64,000 nucleotides of DNA from an uncultured Desulfospira sp. (GTDB lineage: Bacteria > Desulfobacterota > Desulfobacteria > Desulfobacterales > Desulfobacteraceae), in contig OY760175.1 of NCBI GenBank assembly GCA_963663165.1, positions 5,664,001 to 5,728,000 of the forward strand. The letters are read 5' to 3'. The first letter of the stretch is position 1. Each line of letters starts with the position of its first letter. A program made the position numbers and the translations under genes. The notes beneath the pieces were generated by a model. It saw only the letters and a program-made list of their open reading frames with translations. It was not told where the DNA came from and did no database searches. Shown in pieces: positions 30,043-40,719 of the stretch.

Positions 30043-31284
30043 ATGCAAAAAATGAATACAGGGCTGGCGCCCGAATATATTGACGACGGAAGTTCGTTTT
30101 TCCTTGTTGATCCGTTATCCATCAGCCCTGAAACCCTGTCCAATTTTGTTCTGTTCGAGCGGTTTGGAAAAAATGGGAATACCTATAAATTCAGATGTCT
30201 TTTAACGGATTCCGACGCCCTTCCCAGGGAACGGCTGATGGCACTTTTACGATCCTGGGACGATGTCTATATTCATAAAAGACAGCAGACGGCATACAAA
30301 GAATATGTCAGGGAGAACCTTGAATATATTCTGGACCACGACGAAATTGATATCAAAAAGAAAACCGACACCCTGGTAAGCCTTTCCACGGATGTGATCA
30401 AGGCCTCTCTTTCTGATAATTTTAAAACCTTTGAAGGGGCCCAGGCCGTTGTCGAAAATGTGGAACATCTCGTTGCCCGCGCCGTGGATTTTATTGCCGG
30501 AATGGAATCCTTAAAGGGAATATCCGCTCTGGCCGGACACGATTACGATACCCACACCCATTCCGTTAAAGTGGGCTGGCTGATGGCAACCTTTATCAAT
30601 GCCAACCAGGACCTGATCAACGTGAAAACCAAAAAAAGCCTGCGGGATATCATGATCCGTGCTGCGGTGGCCGGATTCCTCCACGATATCGGGAAGGTTA
30701 AAATCCCCAAAAATGTGATCAATAAGAACGGCCGGCTGGACAACCTCGAGTACGGCCTGATTCAGGCCCATACCGCATATTCCGTCAGCCTTCTGTTTGA
30801 TACAAACCTACCTAAGTCCTGCATGCAGGCTATCTTGTACCACCATGAAAATGAGGATGGGTCCGGATATCCTTCAGGTCTTAAAGGGGACCGGATCCCT
30901 GTTCTGGCCAAAATCTGCCATATCGTAGACGTGTTTGACGCACTCACCTCAAAGCGCTCCTATAAACAAGCCAAAACCCCCTTTGAAGCCTTGGGGATCA
31001 TGGCGGGTAAAAACCCCCACCTCGATGCCCTGCAGCAGTTTGAAGCCGAAGCCAAGGAAAACAAACGGGCCCCGGTGACCGCGGTGGTCAGGGACAAATA
31101 TGAGGAAAAGCTCAAACGGCTCAGAGAACGGGAGATTTTGGAGGAAGAAGCCGAAAAACGGGTCGAAGCCCGAAACAAACTCAGGGATCAGGGGATGGCC
31201 CATTGTTTTAATGCCGACCTGCTCAAACGGTTTGTCCTGACCATCAATAAATCCGGCAGCTTTGATCTGTCGGGGCTTTTATAG
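30043..31284 (+). CDS. HD-GYP domain phosphodiesterase
   Basis: HSVKV, LHDIGK, HHENEDGSGYPSGLKG, DVFDALTSKRSYK. Confidence 0.9.
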   Translation: MQKMNTGLAPEYIDDGSSFFLVDPLSISPETLSNFVLFERFGKNGNTYKFRCLLTDSDALPRERLMALLRSWDDVYIHKRQQTAYKEYVRENLEYILDHDEIDIKKKTDTLVSLSTDVIKASLSDNFKTFEGAQAVVENVEHLVARAVDFIAGMESLKGISALAGHDYDTHTHSVKVGWLMATFINANQDLINVKTKKSLRDIMIRAAVAGFLHDIGKVKIPKNVINKNGRLDNLEYGLIQAHTAYSVSLLFDTNLPKSCMQAILYHHENEDGSGYPSGLKGDRIPVLAKICHIVDVFDALTSKRSYKQAKTPFEALGIMAGKNPHLDALQQFEAEAKENKRAPVTAVVRDKYEEKLKRLREREILEEEAEKRVEARNKLRDQGMAHCFNADLLKRFVLTINKSGSFDLSGLL

Positions 31285-31687
31285 GGATTCGGCTGAAAGG
31301 GTTTAGGGAAAAAACGCCAGGCCGAAGATGACGACAGGTTGTTGCGGGGCATTAGGGCACAGCGCGGCAAAGCCGCAACCCCAATATGTGTTCCCTGCTG
31401 GTGAATGTAATGTATATTGTTGAGACTTGGGATATGGGGTAGCAAGAGGTTCTCAATGTATGGAATGCTTTTCGCCTTGCTCTGTCATCCTAAAATTGAG
31501 GGCTTCGCCCTTTTTTTTATATTCTCACGCAAAGGCGCTAAGGCGCAAAGAATACTATTGCCCAAGGAAAGTTAAGCTTTGCGCCGTTGCGCCTTTGCGA
31601 GAGTTTTTTTTAAAGCGTTGCCCACCATTGCCCATATAACATGTTGTTTGTGAGGGGTAAATCAAACGGGGCCATGCCAACTACCGG

Positions 31688-31755
31688 CTTGGGACTTGGG
31701 GCGGCCACGGACGCTGCAATCCCCAAGTCCCAAGCCCCATATCCCAAGTCCATTT
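31688..31755. repeat. palindromic heptamer repeat (TTGGGAC / GTCCCAA type), copy 1
   Basis: similar to 47129-47212. Confidence 0.7.
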
Positions 31756-31795
31756 TGTTGGGGTTATTTCCCCCAGAATAATCTTAATAAAATTT

Positions 31796-31948
31796 GTAAC
31801 TATTCAGCTAATGCTGAAAACTAAGTAAAAATCAGGGTCCGTAACTGTTCATCAGTGCTTCATATTTGTTTAGTCAGGTCTTCGTAGCATACTTTTGCTA
31901 TGTGAGAAGGCCTGAATGAGCGAAGATGGGGCACTGCTGAACAGTTAC
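31796..31948. mobile_element. 153-bp MITE, family B copy 2, 8-bp TSD TAAAATTT
   Basis: near-identical to 26796-26947; direct repeats at 31788-31795 and 31949-31956. Confidence 0.92.
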
Positions 31949-32147
31949 TAAAATTTTAAGCTTTTGGAGCTGAGTAGCACAGAGAAACACTTTAGTTTCA
32001 GTGCTGCGCATTGAAATTTCATCCGTTAATCCCGGTAGGGCAGATTCAGCACAGTGAAACCCATCACTGGGCCGGAAACCGGATATCGCGAATCCCTCAG
32101 GCTTCCGCATCCGGTATCCTGTCTCCCTTCTTCCGGTCTCCGTTTCT

Positions 32148-33554
32148 TTATCCCTTTTTCAACTGATCCCAGATGGATTCGATCTGCTGCCGGGCATAAT
32201 CCCGGTCTTTGGTGTTATCCACCACGAAATCGGCGAACTGGAGTTTCTCGTCAATGGGCAGCTGGGCTTTGAGAATTTTGGCCGCCTCTTCGGTTGTGAT
32301 GCCGTCCCGTTTGGCCAGGCGCTCGATCTGCACTTCTGAGGGCACATGGATGACCAGAAGCTTGTCAAACAAATACTGTAAATTCAATTCAATGAGCAGG
32401 GGGATGGACACCTGGATAATGGCCTCCGGGTCTTTCTTACAAATTTCCTGAACCTGGTCAAAAAAGGCTTCGTAAATGGGCGGGTGGGTGAAGCTTTCCA
32501 GTTTTTTGCGTTTTTCCATATCGCCGAAAACGATATCCGACATTTTCTTTCGATCCAGTGACCCGTCTTCGGCCAGCACCTGGCTGCCAAAGTAGCTGAC
32601 AATTTTTGCCAGCCCGTCAGTCCCGGGCTCAACCACCTGGCGGGCAATCAGGTCAAAATCGATCAGGGGCGATCCCAAGTCGCTGAGCATGTCTGAAATG
32701 GTGCTTTTGCCGCTGGCAATACCGCCGGTGACCCCTAGAAGAATATGCCGGCCGTCCAGCTTGACCTTTTTCATCATTTCATCCAGCCCCAGATAGACCG
32801 GCGGAAATACCGGGGTCAGTTCACTTTCAGCACCGGCAAAGCTGATGGGATACCGGACGCCGCGCCGGTACAATGCCTCCAACCCGGAGAGGGCTTTTTC
32901 CATCATGTCCGCCGGAACCGCCATCACCATTTCATCGTCCTGGGCATGGCCGTACCGGCGTTCGCCGTAACAGGGAATGCCCACCGAAGGCTTGCCGGTT
33001 TCATAACAGCGGACAATGGCATCAGAGCAAGAAGATTCCCCCACGCAGAAAAACTGCATGACCTCATAGTCCCGAAACTGTAAGGCATTGACCAGCATCA
33101 TGATCTGGGCCGGGTTGGCGTAAACCAACACAATGTCCGGGTCAAAGGGGTTGTACACCAGGGGGGCCATGGCCAGGGCCTCAAACTTGCCCAGGGGCAG
33201 GCGGGGAATTGAGGACTCGAATTTGCGGCCGTCAGCCTTGGTGGCCACCCAGACAATATTTCTAAAGGTCCCGTCCTTATGGGTTTCGGGCAGTTCCCTT
33301 AAGCCCAGGATCGAGGAGCAGGAGGAAAACAGAAAGTCATCCAGATCCGCCCCCACACTCCAGTCAAAGTTGCGGACCAGGTTAATCATCTGGCACATGG
33401 TCATTTTGCCCTGGGGGCGCCTCAGGAACGGGATGGTATCAAGGGACTGCTTTTTCTCCAGCATTTTAAAGGCAACCGGAAAGGACTTTAAGCGCAGGAG
33501 CAGTTCAAACCGTCTGATGATTTTTTCCCAGTTTTTTTTATGGTCACTGTCCAT
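32148..33554 (-). CDS. coaE: DUF169-like domain fused to dephospho-CoA kinase
   Basis: N-part CQM..., GESSCSD, PCYGERRYG..QDDE; C-part GVTGGIASGKST, LDRKKM..IVF, THPPI, IPLLIE. Confidence 0.82.
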   Translation of the reverse strand: MDSDHKKNWEKIIRRFELLLRLKSFPVAFKMLEKKQSLDTIPFLRRPQGKMTMCQMINLVRNFDWSVGADLDDFLFSSCSSILGLRELPETHKDGTFRNIVWVATKADGRKFESSIPRLPLGKFEALAMAPLVYNPFDPDIVLVYANPAQIMMLVNALQFRDYEVMQFFCVGESSCSDAIVRCYETGKPSVGIPCYGERRYGHAQDDEMVMAVPADMMEKALSGLEALYRRGVRYPISFAGAESELTPVFPPVYLGLDEMMKKVKLDGRHILLGVTGGIASGKSTISDMLSDLGSPLIDFDLIARQVVEPGTDGLAKIVSYFGSQVLAEDGSLDRKKMSDIVFGDMEKRKKLESFTHPPIYEAFFDQVQEICKKDPEAIIQVSIPLLIELNLQYLFDKLLVIHVPSEVQIERLAKRDGITTEEAAKILKAQLPIDEKLQFADFVVDNTKDRDYARQQIESIWDQLKKG

Positions 33555-33679
33555 GGTTCATACCTCCTTTTTTGGAAAGGATGAAGAATGAGGGATGAAA
33601 TCACGGCATCCGGCAGGCTTCATGTCTTTCTTAAGTTTATTTTGGGCTAACAGCTAAAGGTAACAGCTAACAGCTAAAA

Positions 33680-34858
33680 TCACCGAAAGGCTACGGGCCG
33701 GTATTTGCCTTGCTTTAAGGCGGCCAGCAGGGCCTGTTCACTGTCAATTTCCTGCTCAAACACAGTGGCGTATGTGCCCACATTGAAAATATCATGGGCA
33801 TCACTGCCGCCGGTTGACGGCAGGCCAAGACCGTCGGCCACCTTCACGGCCAGTTCGTTTTCCGTGTCCGTGACTTTGCCGTTCCGGGTTTCTACCCCGT
33901 CCACCCATTTAAAGGCTTCGCGGTCCATGGCTTTTTCTATGGTCAACCCCACATCATCGGCCCCGAAGGCCAGAAATCCCCTGAAGGGGTGGGCCGCCAC
34001 AATGAACCCGCCCACGGCCGCCACCCGTTCTTTGAGGTCGGCAAGCTTTATAATGCCTTTGATATCCTCATCAAACCCGAACACCAGCATATCGCCTTGT
34101 TCCGTGATGATCTCATTGGCCCGCAGGACCAGGAAATCATGTTTCTCACCCAGGGCCTGCACCTCATCGGCCGGCCAGACGTAGTTATGATCGGACAGGC
34201 AAATGCCATTCAGGCCTATTCGTTTGGCTTCCTCAATCATGGCATCCACTGAGTCGGAGGCGCAGGGCGAGGCCGGCGAGGTGTGAAGGTGCATGTCGAT
34301 GACAAACCCTTCCCCGTTGAAATGGCCCGGCCCTGAAGATTTGGGAGGCTGCACAACGGGTTTCGGGGCGCCTGCCTGGTTTTCGGAAACAGTGGCGGAC
34401 GGTCCTTCGAGGGTGTCTTCGTCTGCCGGCATCACGGCCGCCAATCCGTTTTCTTCATTTTGCATAAACTGCTGCAAGGAAAGTTCCGGGTTGGCCTCTC
34501 TGGCCTGTTCCCAGCAGATCAGCTTAACGGTTTCCCGCACAGCGTGGCCGCATTCGATAAACAGGTTGGCAAAATGGCGGCAGGACCGCCGCCCGATGGT
34601 TTTGTGGATTTTATCGTCAATACCGGGTTGAAGGCAGAACCCGTTCGCCTCCTGGAGAAAATCAATGGCCTTTGGGCATTCGGTGGTTGTCCATCGCAGC
34701 CACCGGCCTTTAACGCCAGAGCAGACAAGATCGCTGAGATTGACCTTGAAGTCAATTTCTATGCTGTAAATGGAATCATCAAGGATCCCATGAACCCCGA
34801 GTGTTTCCTGGTCCAGCCGGGCCACGTTGACCACTTTGTTGCGCATGAAATCAAACAT
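33680..34858 (-). CDS. DUF2889-like domain fused to a PHP metallophosphoesterase
   Basis: N-part ECP...SCRHF...EC; C-part IDMHLHT, SDHN, AAHPFR, GGSDAH. Confidence 0.75.
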   Translation of the reverse strand: MFDFMRNKVVNVARLDQETLGVHGILDDSIYSIEIDFKVNLSDLVCSGVKGRWLRWTTTECPKAIDFLQEANGFCLQPGIDDKIHKTIGRRSCRHFANLFIECGHAVRETVKLICWEQAREANPELSLQQFMQNEENGLAAVMPADEDTLEGPSATVSENQAGAPKPVVQPPKSSGPGHFNGEGFVIDMHLHTSPASPCASDSVDAMIEEAKRIGLNGICLSDHNYVWPADEVQALGEKHDFLVLRANEIITEQGDMLVFGFDEDIKGIIKLADLKERVAAVGGFIVAAHPFRGFLAFGADDVGLTIEKAMDREAFKWVDGVETRNGKVTDTENELAVKVADGLGLPSTGGSDAHDIFNVGTYATVFEQEIDSEQALLAALKQGKYRPVAFR

Positions 34859-35383
34859 TTAAACCCCTCCTTCGCTGTCAGCAGCAAGCTTGGCCTCGTA
34901 TTCAAGAACCAGGGGCCCCCCCTTGGCAAAGGCGGCACACCGGTCATACAGGCGGATGCTTTTTTGGACCATATTGGAATAAAAAACGATTTTGCCGGCC
35001 TCGTCATCGGGTGCTTTTAAAAGCACTTTCCGGGTTAAGGTCAGGATGACGCCGTGACAGCATTCCTCCACCATATAGGCAAGTTGCTGCATTTTTTCTT
35101 CTTCACCCATCAGCCCCTTGATAATTTTGAGCATGCCGGCAGCCACCCTCACCCCGATCACGGACTGCAAGCGCTGGTCAAGGTCTTCAATTTCTCCCCA
35201 ATAGGCATGCCTGAAATGCCCGGAAATGGCAGCAATGGCCATATCCGGCATTTTCACCTCAATGGCAACTTTAGCATCGGTCAGGGTGTCGTTCAACCGG
35301 CACACGGAGCGCAGATTGGAATTCTCCATCTCATCAACACTGGTATTGCGGTTCATGGCAAATTTAACAATATTGTTCGACAT
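34859..35383 (-). CDS. DUF2889-like protein
   Basis: resembles the N-domain of the downstream gene; EECCHG and RCAAF Cys motifs; GAGGAGG RBS. Confidence 0.6.
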   Translation of the reverse strand: MSNNIVKFAMNRNTSVDEMENSNLRSVCRLNDTLTDAKVAIEVKMPDMAIAAISGHFRHAYWGEIEDLDQRLQSVIGVRVAAGMLKIIKGLMGEEEKMQQLAYMVEECCHGVILTLTRKVLLKAPDDEAGKIVFYSNMVQKSIRLYDRCAAFAKGGPLVLEYEAKLAADSEGGV

Positions 35384-35528
35384 GGCAAGGCCTCCTCGGT
35401 TACGGTACGTTGCTTGCGATAAACCTATACCCTCTTGGCAACAAAATTCAACACCAAATATTTACCAGGAAAATACCAGTAAAAACCTGGTAGTCTGGCC
35501 CGGACGATTTCAATTTGAGACTTTTGGA

Positions 35529-36521
35529 TTAATACAGCAGAAGTTGGGATCTCAGATTGGCTTTTTTATTGACCAATCCGATTTTTTTTCGGATATTTTC
35601 CCGGTGAAATTCCACCGTTCGCAAAGCAACATTAAAAAAATCGGCAATTTCCTTATTGGATCGTCCCTCTTTAATCAGGTTGGCGACCTGGATTTCCCGG
35701 GGGGTCAGATTAATCAGGGGCGATGAAAGCTGTTGGGAGAAGGGGGAGGTCAGATTCTCCAGGTTGGCCTGTAATGCCCCAAGGCATGTCCTCTGGGAAT
35801 CGGTAAGACGGCTCGTCCCCAGTTTTTCCAGATAGGGCAGCACAATTTTTTTCATGTTTGCCAGCACCTTGCCTTCAAGCTCGTCTTTGTCGTCTTCGCG
35901 GGCCTTGAGGATCACCCGCAAAGCAATATTGGCCTCTTCGAGTGTTTTTGATTTGAGGTCAAGTTCCGCAGTCCGCTTGATCAGAACCCCTTCGGCTTTT
36001 TTGCGTTCGCCAATTTCAGCATACAGCCGGTCATTGAGGATGGTCAGTTCACGGGTCCTCTCCCCAACCCGGGCTTCGAGCATGGCGCGTGCCTCGGCCA
36101 GTTCGTTTTCCGCTTTTTTCCGGTCCGTGATGTCCTTGGTAACATGAACCATCCCGACCATACGATTGTGGTCATCAAATATGGGTGAGGCGGAAATCAC
36201 AAATACTTTGCCCAGCCTCCGGTTTTCCACCTCAATGGTATGGGACCTCTGGTCCTGCACCACATCCTCAACCGGACATACACGGCAGTTTTTTTCCCTG
36301 CCCCACAACGCCTCGTGGCATTTGCAGTTTGCGATCTGATCAAGTTCAACCTGAAACCCTTCAAGAAACGATTGATTGGCTGAAATGATCCGTTTATCAA
36401 GGTCCAGAATCGTTACATAATCCGTGATGGCATCCAGGATCCGCCAGCACTGCCCCAGAACCGCAACGGCCTCTTCTCTGGTAATGCTTTCAGGTGCTTT
36501 TTTTGGGGCGTTTTTTTTCAT
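35529..36521 (-). CDS. PAS-LuxR family transcriptional regulator
   Basis: Cys-bearing PAS (KCH...C.VCPV), LTPREIQVANLIKEGRSNKEIA...TVEFHRENIRKK; start uncertain. Confidence 0.88.
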   Translation of the reverse strand: MKKNAPKKAPESITREEAVAVLGQCWRILDAITDYVTILDLDKRIISANQSFLEGFQVELDQIANCKCHEALWGREKNCRVCPVEDVVQDQRSHTIEVENRRLGKVFVISASPIFDDHNRMVGMVHVTKDITDRKKAENELAEARAMLEARVGERTRELTILNDRLYAEIGERKKAEGVLIKRTAELDLKSKTLEEANIALRVILKAREDDKDELEGKVLANMKKIVLPYLEKLGTSRLTDSQRTCLGALQANLENLTSPFSQQLSSPLINLTPREIQVANLIKEGRSNKEIADFFNVALRTVEFHRENIRKKIGLVNKKANLRSQLLLY

Positions 36522-36707
36522 ATGTGTCTGCCGCTGTCCGCTTTTGTGTTGACCAATTGTACAGGGCTTATGCGGTTTGTCAACGGTCTTTGCCAAGAGA
36601 ATACTGCCCGCACAAAAATAAAGAAGGTATTTTTTAAATAGTTTTCAGATTTCATTGACTTTGCCCCCCCAAATATAGCATTTTACCATAAACCATCGAA
36701 GATACGG

Positions 36708-37706
36708 TTGAAATCAGTGCCGTATCTGTGCCCTCAACCTGGAGTGGAGGATTTCTTTATGAGTTCCGGAATTTGTTCTGTCCCAAAGGAAATTCTTCTC
36801 AATAACCTGCATGAGCTGGTCAGCCACGAAAATACCGAAATGCGGATTTTATGGGCCAACCGGATGGCTTGCGAGCGGGGCGGGATGTCCCTGGATGATA
36901 TCGTGGGCGGCTTTTGTTATGAGGTCTGGGCCGGCCGGACAATGCCCTGTCCCGGTTGTCCGGTCCAAAGCGCCATGAAAACCGGAAAACCTCATACCCG
37001 GGAGGTGTTTGATAAAAACGGCAAAGCATGGCTGATTCACGGCTACCCCATCCGGGAGGCTGACGGCCAGATTACCAGCGGCATGGAGATCGCCCTGGAC
37101 ATTACAGATCAAAAGAGGGCTGAAAAGCGGCTGAAGCAATACCGTGACCGCCTTGAAGAGCTGGTGGAGCGAAGAACCTGCGATCTTTCCAAAACCAATG
37201 CCTGGCTTCGAAAAGAGATGGAGGAGCGGATTCTGGCTGAAAAGGCCCTTAAGATCCGGGAGCGGGAGCTGGAAGAAAAATCAATGTATCTGGAAGAGAC
37301 CAATATCGCTTTAAAGGTACTGCTAGAGCAGCGGGAAAAGGACCGGCAGGAACTGGAGGAAAACGTGCTGACCAATGTCAGAAAGTCGTTGCTGCCCTAT
37401 CTGGAAAAGCTCAAATACGCCGGGTCTTCCCAGGACCGGGAGACCTATTTTAAAATTCTGGAATCCGGCATGAAGCAGATCGTCTCCCCCTTTTTCCGTA
37501 ACATGGCCTTAACCCAGTTCAATATGACCCCCAAAGAACTTGAGATAGCGCATCTGGTCAGGGAGGGAAAATCCACCAAGGAAATTGCACAGCTTCTGAG
37601 CCTCTCTCCAAGGACCATTGATCTTCACCGCCTGAATATCCGGCGCAAACTGGGGCTAACCTCGAAAAAATCCAATCTTCGCTCCATTCTGCTGTCCCAT
37701 TCATAA
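36708..37706 (+). CDS. PAS-LuxR family transcriptional regulator
   Basis: PAS (CYEV...PCPGCPV), MTPKELEIAHLVREGKSTKEIA...TIDLHRLNIRRK. Confidence 0.88.
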   Translation: MKSVPYLCPQPGVEDFFMSSGICSVPKEILLNNLHELVSHENTEMRILWANRMACERGGMSLDDIVGGFCYEVWAGRTMPCPGCPVQSAMKTGKPHTREVFDKNGKAWLIHGYPIREADGQITSGMEIALDITDQKRAEKRLKQYRDRLEELVERRTCDLSKTNAWLRKEMEERILAEKALKIRERELEEKSMYLEETNIALKVLLEQREKDRQELEENVLTNVRKSLLPYLEKLKYAGSSQDRETYFKILESGMKQIVSPFFRNMALTQFNMTPKELEIAHLVREGKSTKEIAQLLSLSPRTIDLHRLNIRRKLGLTSKKSNLRSILLSHS

Positions 37707-37856
37707 TACATATAAAACCTAGGTATTTCCTATGTGATCTTTAAGCATTGCCCAGTGGGCCTGTCTATCATATTTTTTTGCCATGGCAGACCGGTGACTC
37801 CGGCCTCAGCCGGGCAATACGATCATCATCCATATTTTAAAGGAGGTTTAACCATT

Positions 37857-39299
37857 ATGGCAATCAAGACCGAACAGGAATACCGTGACCGGGTGGCAGC
37901 CCTTAAACCCAATCTGTTTATCGGGGGCAAAAAAGTCGAAGATCTGACAGCCCATCCCGTGACCCGCGGGGTGATCGACGCCACCGCCAAGGTGTACCAG
38001 TTGACCATGGACCTCGAGTATGCCGAGGTGATGACCGCCACGTCCCATTTGACCGGCGAGCCCATCAGCCGGGCGCTTCATATCCATCAGAGCAAAATGG
38101 ATCTTTTCAAGCGCCTGGACATGGCGCGCTTGAGCAGTCAGAAGCTTGGAACCTGCAATTACCGTTGTCCGGGAAATGAAATGCTTCCCTCCCTTGCCGC
38201 CACCACCTGGGAAATTGACCACGATCTGGGGACAGAATACCATCAGCGGTTCAATGATTACATGAAATACATCCAGGAAAACGATCTTGTGGTCAGCGGT
38301 TCGGTTACCGATCCCAAAGGCGACCGGAGCAAACGGCCCCTGGAACAGGACCCTGACATGTATGTCAGGGTAGTGGAGAAAAAATCCGACGGCATTGTTG
38401 TCTGCGGTGCCAAGCAGCATGCCACAGGGGCATATGCAGCAGATGAAACCCTGGTTCTGCCCGGCATTACCACCAGAAAAGGCGAAGAAGACTATGCCGT
38501 GGCCTTTGTCATTCCCAACGGGACGAAAGGGGTGACCTATATCGGGCAGTACAATCCCTTCAGTGCGGAGCGCGAACATGAGGAAGATATCAATGTCCTT
38601 GGCAATCCCCTTTACGGCCAGCGGGAAACTTGCCTTATTGTTTTTGACCATGTGTTTGTTCCCTGGGAAAGGGTCTTTATGTGCGGAGAGACGGCATATA
38701 CCCAAAAATTCATTACCCGGTTTGCCAAGACCCACCGGATGAACTGCGGCGGGGCATGCAAGGTGGGGTTTATGGACCTGATCATTGGCGCGTCCCAGCT
38801 GATGGCTGAATACAACGGGCTGCCCGACGCCTCCCATATTGCCCAGAAAATTACGCGCATGCTGCAGCTCAACGACACCTCCCTTGCCTGTGCCACGGCA
38901 GCGGCCTGGTTCGGAAAGGAAGAACCGGAAGGATCAGGCGTTTACATGCCTGATGAGACCATGGGAAATATCGCCAAACTCAACACCAATGACGGCTTTT
39001 GGGAAGTCATGGCCCTGGCCGGCGATATTGCCGGCGGTATTCCCGCCACCATGCCCAGCGAGAAGGAGCTGGACAATCCTGAGGTAAAGGCCTATGTGGA
39101 AAAATACCTCAAGGCTGCCGCACCGGCAGACCAGCGAATGCGCATTTCACGTTTTTTGCAGAACTGGGTGGCCGGCCTTCACGGCCTTGGAACTTACCAG
39201 GGGTCAGGCCCCAGCCAGAGCCAGTACGTCTCCATTTACCGGGTGGCGGACCTGAAAAGCAAAAAGCAAATGGCCCTGGATCTGGCGTCGGGAAAGTAA
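37857..39299 (+). CDS. 4-hydroxybutyryl-CoA dehydratase-like protein (AbfD/HpaB family)
   Basis: AGGAGG RBS; GTCNYRCPG, TDPKGDRSKRP, GAKQH, FDHVFVPWERVF, H..R...C region. Confidence 0.82.
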   Translation: MAIKTEQEYRDRVAALKPNLFIGGKKVEDLTAHPVTRGVIDATAKVYQLTMDLEYAEVMTATSHLTGEPISRALHIHQSKMDLFKRLDMARLSSQKLGTCNYRCPGNEMLPSLAATTWEIDHDLGTEYHQRFNDYMKYIQENDLVVSGSVTDPKGDRSKRPLEQDPDMYVRVVEKKSDGIVVCGAKQHATGAYAADETLVLPGITTRKGEEDYAVAFVIPNGTKGVTYIGQYNPFSAEREHEEDINVLGNPLYGQRETCLIVFDHVFVPWERVFMCGETAYTQKFITRFAKTHRMNCGGACKVGFMDLIIGASQLMAEYNGLPDASHIAQKITRMLQLNDTSLACATAAAWFGKEEPEGSGVYMPDETMGNIAKLNTNDGFWEVMALAGDIAGGIPATMPSEKELDNPEVKAYVEKYLKAAAPADQRMRISRFLQNWVAGLHGLGTYQGSGPSQSQYVSIYRVADLKSKKQMALDLASGK

Positions 39300-39379
39300 C
39301 CGCTAAAAAGGTTTGCAAAACAAATCCGTCAGTGTTATGGAACTTTAATCAACAACCCATCAAACATGAGGAAATGCGC

Positions 39380-39856
39380 ATGACTGAAAAAGCCTTTCAA
39401 GACTATTACCCTGATGATTTTTCCCACTGCTATGGATGCGGCAGGCTCAATGAACACGGACTGCACCTCAAAAGCTATTGGGATGGCGATGAGACCGTCT
39501 GCCGGTACCAGCCCCGGGCCTATTATACGGGAGGGTTTCCCGGTTTTGGATATGGCGGCCTTGTGGCATCACTGCTGGATTGTCACGGAACCGCTTCTGC
39601 GGCAGCCGCAAAATACCGGGAAGAGGGCCGCGACATGGGGACCGAGCCGGCGCTGCGATTTGTTACCGCCTCCCTGAAAGTGGATTTTATTGCCCCCACA
39701 CCCATAGACGGGGTTTTAGAGGTGCGCGGAAAAATCAAGGAAGTGAAAGGCCGTAAGGTCACCGTCACGGAAACCCTTTTGGCCGGCGATAAGGTAGTCG
39801 CAAAAGGTGAAATGATCGCTGTATCCATACCGGCTGATTTTATGGAAGGAAAATAG
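39380..39856 (+). CDS. PaaI/hotdog-fold thioesterase
   Basis: CYGCG..N..GL, YGGLVASLLDCH, VTASLKVDF..PTP. Confidence 0.85.
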   Translation: MTEKAFQDYYPDDFSHCYGCGRLNEHGLHLKSYWDGDETVCRYQPRAYYTGGFPGFGYGGLVASLLDCHGTASAAAAKYREEGRDMGTEPALRFVTASLKVDFIAPTPIDGVLEVRGKIKEVKGRKVTVTETLLAGDKVVAKGEMIAVSIPADFMEGK

Positions 39857-39951
39857 ACGCCCACCACGGCAGTTTTTATTTCTGCCCCACAGGGCCTCAT
39901 GGCATTTTAAGCCGGCAGCTTGGCTTAATCCTGCCTGGTTCTTACGGGGTT

Positions 39952-40215
39952 TTATATGAAAGTCTCACTAACCTCCTGAGAAGACTTTCATTATTTGTTG
40001 TGGGCGGTTCTTGGTTGGATAACCAAGACGGCCCGTGGCCCTTATAAGAAACTGGAGACAAGAAACAAGAGACAAGAGGGCGAAGCACCTGCGGTGCCCA
40101 ATTTATAGACTACCGTTGCCGGTATCTTCAGTTTCATTATTCGTTGTGGGCTTGTGGCCCATGGCAGTTATATGAAAGTCTCACTAGCTGTCTGTAAAGA
40201 CTCCCATTTTTCGTT
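39952..40215. repeat. cluster A of a ~90-bp structured repeat (3 units: full, variant, truncated)
   Basis: units start at 39952, 40042 and 40168 with TTATA(T/A)GAAA. Confidence 0.85.
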
Positions 40216-40690
40216 AAGTCTTGAAGCACATTTGTGGGAAGAACCTGAAGTCCAGGCCGAGGAACGGCAGATGGACTGGCCGGACTATGCCCGGTTTGTT
40301 CTGTCCGAGTGTCCGGTCAATGCGAATAGGGCCAGTTTTATCCGCAGAACCCTGATCCGGAATCTAAGGGCACATCTGTCTGCTGGGGATGCCGGTTCAC
40401 AAGTGCGATCATACTGGATGGTTGAATACAAAAATATGTTTAACCGGTATGAATTCTGGTCTGTCAGGATTTTAGTCGGCAGGGACAGGGAAAACGATAT
40501 TCAGCTAAAAGATTCAGCTGTGTCCAAGCGCCATCTGATGCTGGCCTTTGATTTGCTCAACTGGTGGGCCATTGATCTGAAGAGCAAAAACGGTATCCGG
40601 GATCATGAATCAAATTGGGTCTCCTGCACCGTTATGAGTCCGGGCCGGCCGTTATATCTGGGAAACAGCAAGCTTATTTATCTGCCATGA
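40216..40690 (+). pseudogene. 5'-truncated FHA-domain gene
   Basis: VGR...NDIQL.D.AVS.RH...DL.S.NG; the ORF-track N-terminus is simply translated repeat. Confidence 0.65.
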
Positions 40691-40719
40691 CCTTTTGCCT
40701 ATTATGAGGCGGAACAGCA

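Noticed and set aside
31957..32060. Possible ncRNA or decayed MITE beside family B copy 2
   Set aside because: Only weak GCTGA/TCAGC similarity; single copy; no supportable structure.
31898..32110. ORF sharing the tail QCPIFAHSGLLT with the glyA 5' fragment
   Set aside because: Both read into the family B MITE.
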